Below, one piece after another: positions 1 to 9,478 of a DNA stretch of 64,000 nt; within the stretch, counting starts at the first letter, position 1; every line of letters begins with the position of its first letter. The stretch is from a virus: positions 32,001 to 96,000 of IMG/VR virus record IMGVR_UViG_3300030117_007745; one strand, given 5' to 3'. Both the position numbers and the translations under genes were made by a program. The notes under the pieces are model-generated. The model saw nothing but the letters and a program-made list of their open reading frames with translations. It made no database searches and had not been told where the DNA came from.

Positions 1-3000
1 CTATTGGACCCGCTTATGAAGGGTGCATAAGATGACGAGAAGATATGTCCTAACTGAACAGACCTTAAGGCTGGGTAAAAGCCTTGATATGGCAATAATT
101 TCTTTACGGCATTTGCCTCCAATCTAATTTTTGATGCAAATGCCGTATCGTTTTTCTTGTGATCTTCTTGAATAACAGAAAAATGCTTCATAAAATCACT
201 ATGAGAATATACTTTAAAGAAATCTGGGTTGAAAGATCCAGACTCATTAGTTGCACTTGAACTAACAGACAAAGATGCTCCAATTAAATCTAAAAACTTA
301 TTGTTGTCAGCAAAAAACCCTTCTTTTAAATAATAATCTATATGATCGGTGATTCTAAATTCTGGCAATACCGTATAATCTTTTGCTATTCTTCTAATAT
401 CTTCTGAATAATCTTCATAAGAGTTGAACCAAGGACTCTTCCCACTTAAAACATCTGTTCTGTAGGGCGGTATCAAGTGAAGCGATGCAGAGGGAGAATT
501 TCTCCTAGGGACCATCGCTCCCGACATTATCATATTGGGATATTCAAATTGGAAAGAGGCCGTTGGCTTGAAACTTAAACCTGTCGTTGTTATAAAGTTT
601 GGGACTGGCCCAGATGCAGTTGGGGCTCCAAGTTCGCGCACTTTGCCTTGCAAATTTATGCCAAGCAAGTTGTAAATGTATCCAGCGCAAGACAATTCGC
701 CATTTTTATTTAGATTAGCGAATCTACTGGTAGTGTTAGTGCTTAGAGTAGCTCCAGAAGCATGTAGCGGGGCCCAGTAATAGGGGTTATATGGTCCGCC
801 GCTATAAGATGCAGATATTTGATGCAGATCGTAAAATGGCTCTTCGGCATCTAATGGCCAAATGCTCATGTCTGTTAATCCAAAGAATGATGAACCGCTA
901 GCAATAATTAAGCCCTCTGCGTTTCTTGCTACTGCATCTGTTCTTAAACGATCATCAATGTTATCTTTCCAAAAGGCAAGAGAATCCCCTAAGCGAATAT
1001 CAAAATTTGTTTGCCCCTTGGATACAGTGTAGTTTTCTCGACCCCTTGCCTTGGCAAGACCGGTATTTCTTTCTCTTGGGAAAACGACTTCTCTATAGCA
1101 CAATTTTAAAATTGAAGGCTTCAAATCATCTGGTAGTTCATTTGATATGTAAGATTTCTTAATAAAGTTATATGCTAATTTTATATCTTTATTATCTTTC
1201 TTAAAATCAAGTATGTCATCTATTTTGTTGTTTGTAAATGTTCCCAGCATGTTAGCGTAAGAGTAATCAAGCTCAACCATGTTTGTCCCTTGGCCATCAT
1301 CTTCTTTAACGAGAATATCATGTTCCAGTGGCTTATATTTAAAAGACACCATTGGCTCAGTAAAATTATTAAGCGTTTGCGTCTTTATCTTCTGCAACTT
1401 TAGATCGCCCGGAGAAATACTTGTCTTTTCTGTTAAGACCGAAAACGTGTTGTGCTTTACAAAATTTCTTATAAGTGGGTGATATGAAGACCTGCTTAGA
1501 TCTCTTGTGGAAAATCCATATGCTCCATTTCTGTTCAACAAGATCGAATTCAAAAGAAGCGTTGAATCTAATTGTTGGTTTGTTGGGAACAAATCTATAT
1601 TTGCACTTGACTCTAAAAGATTAGAGCCTGTCGTCAATGTGTCAACTACAACAGAATTAAGGCCAACAAAATCAACATTTATTAGCTCACCATTGGCCTG
1701 CTCTGCACCAGTTAGGCTAGCACTAACAAAAACTAAATCTGTTGCTGCATAGCTTTTGTTCTGGTAGTCTTTTTCAGAAAATCCAAAAGGAAACGCAATA
1801 GTTGAAGAGGAAATCCAAGCATATTGTTGATCACTTTGTGGAATCTGATGTTGTATAAAATAATTATCATATACAGAGCTTGTTAAAGTGTTTCCAAATA
1901 TATCTTGCCTCTTTATATATTTTCTTCCGTTTCTTTGAGTTTTTTTGAAGGATGCAGACGGAGAACCTATTACACTGTCATATCCACCGAATGCTGTATG
2001 TCTGGTTAAAAGAGTGCGTAATGGCTGTCTAACTGACAGATTTCTAAAGGGCATTGCGTTATACGGACTATATACCTCTGATTCATAGTTCAAAAATGCT
2101 GGCCCATTGACTTCTGGGCCGCCGGGTGCAGAAAATCTACTAACAAATATATGCTCACTCTTTCCTTTAACTGGAATAGCCCAATCGTATGCACCTGAAA
2201 CTGAAGGTGTTCCGATGGACTCAAATGACGCAGTAGAGATACCATTGTTTTTGAAGAAATACCTGTTATTGGTGTCTCTGCCTGCTATTTGAACAATCTG
2301 ATAGTCCTTTTCATAGTTACCATTATAGGCCTTTACCTGCCCGAGTTCATTAAACGGTGGCAAACTAGTTTGTGATGGAATGAAGCTGCTAGTTGTTGAC
2401 TTAATATTTTTAATATTTAATGGCCTTTTAGCAGCCTCTTCTCTAAGCATCGTTGCTCTGGGGGCGTTTACACCGCCGGGTAAATCATAGATATTATAAA
2501 AATCAAAATTAATCCCATTTGGATTGGCTGTAATGGTTCTTAAAGCATACCAAGCCTCTGGCTTTACGTGTGGGCTTTGTCCTATGTGCAAGTGAAGGCC
2601 CGAATGTCTATAGGCATATCCTCCAACATTCTGCTCTGTAAATGGACCTTGCATGGGAATATCTTTGTTATCTAGATAGTAATCTTGGAGATGCTGGGTT
2701 GATACTTCATAGCCAATGTGCCAAGGGGTGCTTCCCGTTATAAAAGGATTATCTGTCGAAGAGCTTTGAAATGACAGTGGAGCATATTTTCTACCATCGT
2801 ATCCTCGTTCTGTCGATATTGATGGTATTTGAACTTTAAATTCTGGTTTGAATTTTCTATTTGGATCAATCTTGTCAGGAGTATTAGTATTTGGTTGTCT
2901 TTCAATGGTGTTTGTATTGAAAGATATCCTATTGCCTGAACCGGCAGGAGATTCAGCGAAAACTACATTTCTAAAATTTCTATCTTTTTTGGGTCGAGAC

Positions 3001-6000
3001 CTATTTTGATCATTAAAAGCGCCCTTGTCGCCGGAATCTACTGAGAAATCTAAAGCTGCACCGCCCGCAGCCTTAACTAATGGATTTAAAGAATCTTCGT
3101 CTAAAACATCACTATATTTACTTAAATAGTATGAAAATGCTGACATATAGGCTTGGTTTATTGCATTGTCTATATCGGCATTACCAGTGCTTTTAGGAGT
3201 TTCTAATGAAAATGGCACTCTATTTCTCCACCAACTAAGGCTTTCTTTTTCATCGAATCTTCCGTCGTATTCTAAAATACCAACTTCAATAGGTGCTGAA
3301 TTGAATTCCCAGCCATCCGCTCTTCTGAGGTAGATGCCAGAGAAGTCAAAGCCTTCAAGACCCCTGATGACCTTGACTGGTGTGGTGATCCTAACTTCGT
3401 AAACCCCCTCTTCGTTTGTAATAATATCACGAAAATGAATGTCGTCTTTTAGTTGAGTTACTTTTAACTTTTTAGGACTTCTTTTATCAAGAGTGGGGTA
3501 TTTGTGCTTATATTTACTTCTTTCAAAAACGTGGCTTTCAATTACATTTCTGACCGTGCTAAATCTAGATGAAGCTGGAACTACCTGTTGTATCACTTGG
3601 CCAATACTGGTGTCTAACCACTTAAAATACTCTATGTAACGATCCAAATCAGGAACGTTGCCAACTCTTTCAAAAAATATGTTTCTTATTTTTTCTAGCT
3701 CTTTATATCGATCTCTGTATTTGTTGACTGGTGCACCTATCAAATCCTCCATGGCAGAGGCCTCTTTGGAGGCAGCTATGAAGTTTAACATCTCTTCCGA
3801 TATGCTTTGATACATGCTTTTTTCTACTGAGAAAGAAAAGGTTATTGGGCGGGTTCTTCTGGTAAAGAATTCATCGTCCCTGTTCAATACCTTTATTGCA
3901 TCTTGATTGTTTAAATTTTCTGGCACTTGTTGTCTATAAGAATGAACATACTCTCTTGAAATTGAACCAGTTTGGTTGTTTCCAGTTTCAAAAAATGCAC
4001 CCCGCCCAGTGTGTTGTTTTTCAAGCAAATTAGAAATGTGGAGGCCATATCTATTGTCTCCAGACCCAGATGAGAAATCCTGCACTTCAAATCCACCATT
4101 GTGCTCTCCAGTGTCAGACCCTGTGATATTGTCAAAATCCCAATTCATTGCTAATGTTTTTATTCTTGGAACTTCGACTGGATATGCGGCAGTTACTCCT
4201 CCACTAAAGGTGGCCACCCCGTCATCGCCTTCTCCTCCACTAGCGAGGGCAGTTGCATCGCCCCCAGTGGCAGTTTGGAACGTTCTAGACTCGGGGTTGG
4301 AGATGATATTAATGTTTTTCCCCACTACAGCTCCAGTATTTATTGCTTCAACCAGTTCCGCTGTTGTAAGATTAACGGGAGTAAAACCGTTATTGGTTCC
4401 GTCATTTGGCTTGACGTTAATAAATAATGGGTCTGTGGTGCTGGAAAATGAAAGGAGCACTGTATCTGACGGATTGTTTCCGGCGCTGAGGACAGTGAGT
4501 TTAATTTGTTTACCATTCCTCTCTTGTCCTGCCGCAGTAGAAGTGAAAACAATGGGAGTGGTGGTGTCTAATGTCGCAGTTGCTGCTACCGTCTGACGGT
4601 CCTCTAAAAGATACGCGCTTTGCATTGAGTTGTAAACACCATAATTTTTTGGATCCATGGCATGAGATTTCAATTCATCGTTAGTTAGCGGCACTCCCCA
4701 ATATCTACAGGACGATATTTTTGCATTAGTTCCAACTAACAAGCTACCAGTAAAGTTTGTTCTGTGTGCTCCAATATAAATTCTTTTGTTTGCTACGAGA
4801 TAGCTGAGTCTGGTGGAGAGGGGCATACGTTTCTTTATATCAAAACTATTTTGTATGATATCGCCAACCATGTTATATCCAGAGAATTGTACTGTGAGAT
4901 CTCCAAATTCTGATCCGCTTAACATTCCAATATTCGGATACCTACTGGGATACATTCTTACTGATAGATTCCACCTCTCATTATTATAAACTTTTTTATA
5001 TGTCTCAGTTGTTATTTCAGATATAAGTCCTTCTGCGGCGGCATTTGGGTTTGACGATGTTAAAATAAATCTGACATTTTCACTTTCTGGTGCGTTTCGG
5101 CTGGCCTTTTCTTTTACAGCATAAACTTGAAAATTTCCGTAGTCTCTGAGGTGATTTGTTGTGTCACCCGGAGTCGATGAGGCTTCTGTTATTGCCTCGT
5201 GAATTCCAAAGAGAGATGCAGATAAAGTAGGAAATTCATAAAATCTAAAACTCGGGTCATTTATTGCTGGTTGTTTAGGAAATATAACTTCCGTCTCCAA
5301 GGTAAAGCCTGTCTCACTATCCCAGCCGACCACGCTTGAGCCAGTTATAAAGGAAACAGAATTAGCATTATTAGAGGCTGTCATCTGGTAAACGGTTGCA
5401 CCATGTCTGGTGTAGTAATTAAAATCTGCATATGACTTTCTTGACGTTTTGGATTTAAAGTTGCCCTTTAAATCCAATTCGGCATTGTCAGCATAAAAAT
5501 TTATACTATACAGATCGTCGTCAACTCCAAAACATCTCATAATGTTTGTAATTGATTTTTCAGTCCCTTTTGTCTTGTTAATAAACAATAGATTATTATA
5601 AAGATTTGTATAAATCTCATTTTTTATATCTGTTAGTTTCCTATCAAATTCTCTATCATCATCCCTGTTGGCTAGAGCTTCAAAAGCGCTAGCATTTGAG
5701 AATATTTCTGGTACTACAAAGCCTGCATTCGACAATAATTTATCTGCAAAAGGAAGAGGCTTGTTTAAACTGCCGGACGATGAGCCTGATACATATGCTA
5801 TGTCCTTTAGCCTAGGCAATGATTGAATTTGAAGAAACAGATTATCAAAATAACTGGCCATTATTTGATTTAATTTTAATATCTCATTTCTTCCCTTTTG
5901 CTCATCCTCATCTATTATCCAGCTTGGCAACATGTTATACAAATACATGGAGTTTCTGCCATCAAATTCTCTACCTTTATAGCGAACATCACTTTCGTAG

Positions 6001-7544
6001 CTAACTACTGATGGGTGGAAATTGTAAATAATTGGGTCTTTGAATTCTCTTAATGCAGCATTTGCCTCAACGATGGCAGAGCCAGTATATCTCATTGCCG
6101 CTGTATAATTGCTTATGTATCCATTTGAAACTCTGCCCGAATAATCTAGAGCAACTCTATCGATTGAAGATGTGAGAGTTGCTCCCTCATTAAATTTAAA
6201 ATAAACACCCAAGTTAACAGGGTTTATGTCTTCATAAAATTTTGAACTTGCAGCACCAAAGTCGCTGTTAGTTCCACCTGCCACTTGTTTAAACCAATTA
6301 AATTTAATATCATCAGAGTCTCTATGGATTGTCCAAAATCTAAACTCATCAATAAGCGATCCAGTTAACGATCCATAGCCTTCGTACACGGGCCCCGCGA
6401 TACGGGCAGCTATACTAGGCGGGCGCTTGTAGGCTCCAATAGTAGAATTGAAAGATCCTGTGGATACGGGCTGTACTCTGCTTCCAGTAACTGTAGTTTC
6501 GATCAAATTACCGTTTGCGTAAAGCTTTATTTCTAGGTTATCTGTAGTAGGATGATTTTCAACTGTAAAAGCTATATGATTCCAATCTGCCAAATCAATT
6601 CCAAGAGAAGATGTTAAATCTTTTGATCCGATTGGCGCTCTCTGTACTCCACTTGTGCCACTCATATAAGTAACATGAAACAAGGAGTCTTGCACGTATT
6701 CTCCATCAGGATTTCCTCCAGATGTTGTGTATCTTGTTTCAATCAAGAACCTCCCATATTGGTTGCTAGCGCCGGCGGATTCGCCATTCCATAAATCAAA
6801 ATATGCATGAGATGGAGATGTTTGACTTTTTGAGGGTTCAAATGGTAATTTGAGCCAAAACTCTACTGTATTCCCTTTTGTTCCGTCTATAGTAAAGTTT
6901 TGTATCTGATTGGTTGTCGCATCAAAAATGTTAGCTTTTTGCTCTTTTTCTTTAAAGCTAAGTTCTTTTTCATAAGATCCAGTGGCATACGCTGGTATCG
7001 ATGCTGCATGGGGGCCGCCTCTGACAGAAATGTACTGCGGTGCATCTGATAATTTATATATATCTGGCTCCTCGGAAGAGCCGGGTGTGACTGTTGCACT
7101 AACACTACCCCAAGTTTCTCCTATCTCAATGTAACCATTAGTCCTTGGGTATTCATATTCAAAAATATAATTATCAAAGTAAGAAGACGAGTTGTGCCAT
7201 TGCATTCTTTCTTTTAAAGAGCCATCATAAGGATAAAATCTAGATATATTTTCAATAGATTTTACATAATATTGCTCTGCCGAGCCAAATTTTGCAAAGT
7301 TGCCCGGGTCTGAAAAATCTACTCTTGGTATGAATCTACTTCTATCAAAAAAGAATTGGCCAACATAGTCTGGTGATTCTATTTTTCTAGATACCACATC
7401 GAGGCTGGTGTTTCTTATAGCATATATGCCCCTGCCAGCGTTATTGATAATATTCTGGGATTTTATAATATAATCCATTATTTTACTGCCAGATGACCCA
7501 TCGCCCGAGAAGTCGAGGCCATCTACCATTAATTCGTATCCCAT
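1..7544 (-). CDS. Giant baseplate/tail protein (>2500 aa, 3' end beyond left edge) with two LamG/ConA-like domains and T4 gp7/P2 gpI-like wedge motifs
   Basis: Absent from the ORF track because no stop occurs in the window. ATG at 7544-7542 overlaps the TGA of the upstream gene (TGATG). Manual translation: MGYELMVDGLDF...RFIPRVDFSDPGNFAKFGSAEQYY. The frame is open at spot checks (5640: KLTDIKNEIYTNLYNNLLFI; 59-3: VQLGHIFSSSYAPFISGSN). LamG-like motifs: TVEFW, WNHIAFT, LYANG, IDEFRFW. Wedge-like motifs: NKTKGTEKSI...FG and IQQVVPA. It lies next to gp6/gp25 homologs. Confidence 0.85.
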   Translation of the reverse strand, partial: MGYELMVDGLDFSGDGSSGSKIMDYIIKSQNIINNAGRGIYAIRNTSLDVVSRKIESPDYVGQFFFDRSRFIPRVDFSDPGNFAKFGSAEQYYVKSIENISRFYPYDGSLKERMQWHNSSSYFDNYIFEYEYPRTNGYIEIGETWGSVSATVTPGSSEEPDIYKLSDAPQYISVRGGPHAASIPAYATGSYEKELSFKEKEQKANIFDATTNQIQNFTIDGTKGNTVEFWLKLPFEPSKSQTSPSHAYFDLWNGESAGASNQYGRFLIETRYTTSGGNPDGEYVQDSLFHVTYMSGTSGVQRAPIGSKDLTSSLGIDLADWNHIAFTVENHPTTDNLEIKLYANGNLIETTVTGSRVQPVSTGSFNSTIGAYKRPPSIAARIAGPVYEGYGSLTGSLIDEFRFWTIHRDSDDIKFNWFKQVAGGTNSDFGAASSKFYEDINPVNLGVYFKFNEGATLTSSIDRVALDYSGRVSNGYISNYTAAMRYTGSAIVEANAALREFKDPIIYNFHPSVVSYESDVRYKGREFDGRNSMYLYNMLPSWIIDEDEQKGRNEILKLNQIMASYFDNLFLQIQSLPRLKDIAYVSGSSSGSLNKPLPFADKLLSNAGFVVPEIFSNASAFEALANRDDDREFDRKLTDIKNEIYTNLYNNLLFINKTKGTEKSITNIMRCFGVDDDLYSINFYADNAELDLKGNFKSKTSRKSYADFNYYTRHGATVYQMTASNNANSVSFITGSSVVGWDSETGFTLETEVIFPKQPAINDPSFRFYEFPTLSASLFGIHEAITEASSTPGDTTNHLRDYGNFQVYAVKEKASRNAPESENVRFILTSSNPNAAAEGLISEITTETYKKVYNNERWNLSVRMYPSRYPNIGMLSGSEFGDLTVQFSGYNMVGDIIQNSFDIKKRMPLSTRLSYLVANKRIYIGAHRTNFTGSLLVGTNAKISSCRYWGVPLTNDELKSHAMDPKNYGVYNSMQSAYLLEDRQTVAATATLDTTTPIVFTSTAAGQERNGKQIKLTVLSAGNNPSDTVLLSFSSTTDPLFINVKPNDGTNNGFTPVNLTTAELVEAINTGAVVGKNINIISNPESRTFQTATGGDATALASGGEGDDGVATFSGGVTAAYPVEVPRIKTLAMNWDFDNITGSDTGEHNGGFEVQDFSSGSGDNRYGLHISNLLEKQHTGRGAFFETGNNQTGSISREYVHSYRQQVPENLNNQDAIKVLNRDDEFFTRRTRPITFSFSVEKSMYQSISEEMLNFIAASKEASAMEDLIGAPVNKYRDRYKELEKIRNIFFERVGNVPDLDRYIEYFKWLDTSIGQVIQQVVPASSRFSTVRNVIESHVFERSKYKHKYPTLDKRSPKKLKVTQLKDDIHFRDIITNEEGVYEVRITTPVKVIRGLEGFDFSGIYLRRADGWEFNSAPIEVGILEYDGRFDEKESLSWWRNRVPFSLETPKSTGNADIDNAINQAYMSAFSYYLSKYSDVLDEDSLNPLVKAAGGAALDFSVDSGDKGAFNDQNRSRPKKDRNFRNVVFAESPAGSGNRISFNTNTIERQPNTNTPDKIDPNRKFKPEFKVQIPSISTERGYDGRKYAPLSFQSSSTDNPFITGSTPWHIGYEVSTQHLQDYYLDNKDIPMQGPFTEQNVGGYAYRHSGLHLHIGQSPHVKPEAWYALRTITANPNGINFDFYNIYDLPGGVNAPRATMLREEAAKRPLNIKNIKSTTSSFIPSQTSLPPFNELGQVKAYNGNYEKDYQIVQIAGRDTNNRYFFKNNGISTASFESIGTPSVSGAYDWAIPVKGKSEHIFVSRFSAPGGPEVNGPAFLNYESEVYSPYNAMPFRNLSVRQPLRTLLTRHTAFGGYDSVIGSPSASFKKTQRNGRKYIKRQDIFGNTLTSSVYDNYFIQHQIPQSDQQYAWISSSTIAFPFGFSEKDYQNKSYAATDLVFVSASLTGAEQANGELINVDFVGLNSVVVDTLTTGSNLLESSANIDLFPTNQQLDSTLLLNSILLNRNGAYGFSTRDLSRSSYHPLIRNFVKHNTFSVLTEKTSISPGDLKLQKIKTQTLNNFTEPMVSFKYKPLEHDILVKEDDGQGTNMVELDYSYANMLGTFTNNKIDDILDFKKDNKDIKLAYNFIKKSYISNELPDDLKPSILKLCYREVVFPRERNTGLAKARGRENYTVSKGQTNFDIRLGDSLAFWKDNIDDRLRTDAVARNAEGLIIASGSSFFGLTDMSIWPLDAEEPFYDLHQISASYSGGPYNPYYWAPLHASGATLSTNTTSRFANLNKNGELSCAGYIYNLLGINLQGKVRELGAPTASGPVPNFITTTGLSFKPTASFQFEYPNMIMSGAMVPRRNSPSASLHLIPPYRTDVLSGKSPWFNSYEDYSEDIRRIAKDYTVLPEFRITDHIDYYLKEGFFADNNKFLDLIGASLSVSSSATNESGSFNPDFFKVYSHSDFMKHFSVIQEDHKKNDTAFASKIRLEANAVKKLLPYQGFYPALRSVQLGHIFSSSYAPFISGSN

Positions 7545-9478
7545 CAGTGCTCTCCTACCTTAAACTTAAACACTTCTTTTTGTTCTCTATAAGAACCATT
7601 TGAATAGTAAGCAAATTTTAGGCCGTATTCATATCCCGCCTGCAATAAAGACATATCTAAATCAAAATAATTGCCAGAAATATCGTAAGATAATCTCGTG
7701 TATGACCCTGCTGAACCACTGGCTTGGGGAGATATCGCAGAACCTGTTCCAAAAGGAATTATCTCATAATCGTCAACAGTTCTGTAAAGACTAAAATATG
7801 CATCTTCAATTACACTTGATACTGGTTCGGCTTGAACAACTGTGTAATTATTTGGATTCCAGTCTTTCTCCCTAACAAATAATCTAAATCTTGCCTCTTC
7901 TTTTCTGGAGTAGACGGGTTTAAGATTATCTATGGTTGTAACATATTCTGGATCCGGGTTGAAATTGGATGCGTTAATAGTGTTTACTGTAATTTCAGAG
8001 CTTGTATGATACGCAACTAGATCATTGTAATGCCATACGGCATATACAGAACCTGAGAAGCCTGCTGTTCCTTCAGAATGGCTCATGGCTAGAGATGCAG
8101 TGTATATTCCAGTGGACACAATTCCACCAACTGCATTAGTGTCATTCGCGCTAGCAACATTTCCACCTTTAGGTAGTTTTAATTTATCATAAACATTTCC
8201 AACAGAGTTTGAATACAGGCTGACTTTCATATTTGTGCGCGTATCGGAATGTTGGGCATTATCCGGTATGTTCTGTAGCTTTCCTTTTACGTAATTGTAT
8301 AAAAACAATGTATTTAGGTTATCTTCTGCTGTTGCTAAAGAGCTACTTTGTACAAAATTGGCCGCACTATCTTTGTCAGAGGAATCCCACCTAGCCTCTA
8401 GGTTTGGCCTAAGAAAGAAGTACTCGCTTGATCTAGCAAAGAACTTTTTGGTATAGTATGAGTGTGATCCAGTTTCAAAGCTAGAGGATAGAAACACTCC
8501 TAATCCGTAGTTTGTTGTAGTGTCATCCATTCCACCTTGAAATTGCCGGAACATACTTAAATGACCTGTTGCACCAGAGGCATCGAAATTACCATTTCCT
8601 CCAATATTGTTTCCCGCTAGTCCGATAGCATCCATAGTTAGGGTAAATTGTGAAGTCGTAGCTCCGTTTGATGCGTCTATTTTTAAACTAGAAACCGCAT
8701 CAATTGAACTGACAATTTTATCTCTTATAGCCTCTGTTGTTGAAAGGCCTGAGAGTCCTATTGTCTCACCAGTTGATGATACATCTTTGTCAAACGTAAA
8801 TGTAACTGTTGTTCCTTCATAATCTGTTAGGGAAAAAGTTTTTTCATCAAAATCTGTTATACCGGAAGCACCATTTAATAATCCAGTAGCCGTTGCAGCA
8901 ACACCATTGCCATCAACCCAATTTTCTACCAAATGGCTGATATCTATTGACAAGTCTTCAGTGCCGTCTACAAAGGAAGCTGAATACGCCGGGGATGTGG
9001 TGCTTTCGGTAAAATCTCCTCCCGCGTCAGACCAAGCTGCAAAACCGTCACCGGTGGCACCTCTTCTAGCCCAATTTGATCCAGTGCCCTCATAAGTTTG
9101 GTCTGTATAATTTTCCATGTCTAGACCGTAACCCTCTTGCCATGATTTTTCAACAACCTTTACTGTCACTTTAAAATCTTTTGGTAGAGTAAAGGTGTGA
9201 GGAGCATTATACAAATTTAAATACCAAGCGACATTTCCACTAATTGGTATTAATCCATTTATTCTATCTTGCTTGATCTTTGCTGTGTCAAATTGAACTA
9301 ATATCCTAGATTTTTCGGCAGTTGTGCCAGCAGAAGAGCTTAATTGGCCATATATGTAGAATACCTCTAGGGTGTCAGCTGCACCCATATTCGAGCCTGT
9401 ACCTCTGGTTTGCAAATCCATTTGATATGCGTTGCTAATTGTGTTGTCTGCCGAAGCGATATATCTTTTTATACCCAT
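7544..9478 (-). CDS. Virion structural protein with N-terminal DNRLRE/CBM96-like domain and an inserted VAATAT...FQGG module
   Basis: 644-aa ORF. ADNTI...NMG...LEV...SRILVQFD and W.EG.G patterns are typical of DNRLRE domains. It sits in the baseplate operon. Confidence 0.65.
   Translation of the reverse strand: MGIKRYIASADNTISNAYQMDLQTRGTGSNMGAADTLEVFYIYGQLSSSAGTTAEKSRILVQFDTAKIKQDRINGLIPISGNVAWYLNLYNAPHTFTLPKDFKVTVKVVEKSWQEGYGLDMENYTDQTYEGTGSNWARRGATGDGFAAWSDAGGDFTESTTSPAYSASFVDGTEDLSIDISHLVENWVDGNGVAATATGLLNGASGITDFDEKTFSLTDYEGTTVTFTFDKDVSSTGETIGLSGLSTTEAIRDKIVSSIDAVSSLKIDASNGATTSQFTLTMDAIGLAGNNIGGNGNFDASGATGHLSMFRQFQGGMDDTTTNYGLGVFLSSSFETGSHSYYTKKFFARSSEYFFLRPNLEARWDSSDKDSAANFVQSSSLATAEDNLNTLFLYNYVKGKLQNIPDNAQHSDTRTNMKVSLYSNSVGNVYDKLKLPKGGNVASANDTNAVGGIVSTGIYTASLAMSHSEGTAGFSGSVYAVWHYNDLVAYHTSSEITVNTINASNFNPDPEYVTTIDNLKPVYSRKEEARFRLFVREKDWNPNNYTVVQAEPVSSVIEDAYFSLYRTVDDYEIIPFGTGSAISPQASGSAGSYTRLSYDISGNYFDLDMSLLQAGYEYGLKFAYYSNGSYREQKEVFKFKVGEH

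Noticed and set aside
926-7105. Short ORFs in the track, including 3976..4596 (+, 206 aa)
   Set aside because: They are antisense or off-frame shadows of the giant minus-strand ORF 1..7544. The 206-aa one mirrors the GC-richer Thr/Gly/Ala insert.
4190-8905. Inteins as an explanation for the two inserted modules
   Set aside because: There is no C-terminal His-Asn followed by Cys/Ser/Thr and no Hint or LAGLIDADG motifs.
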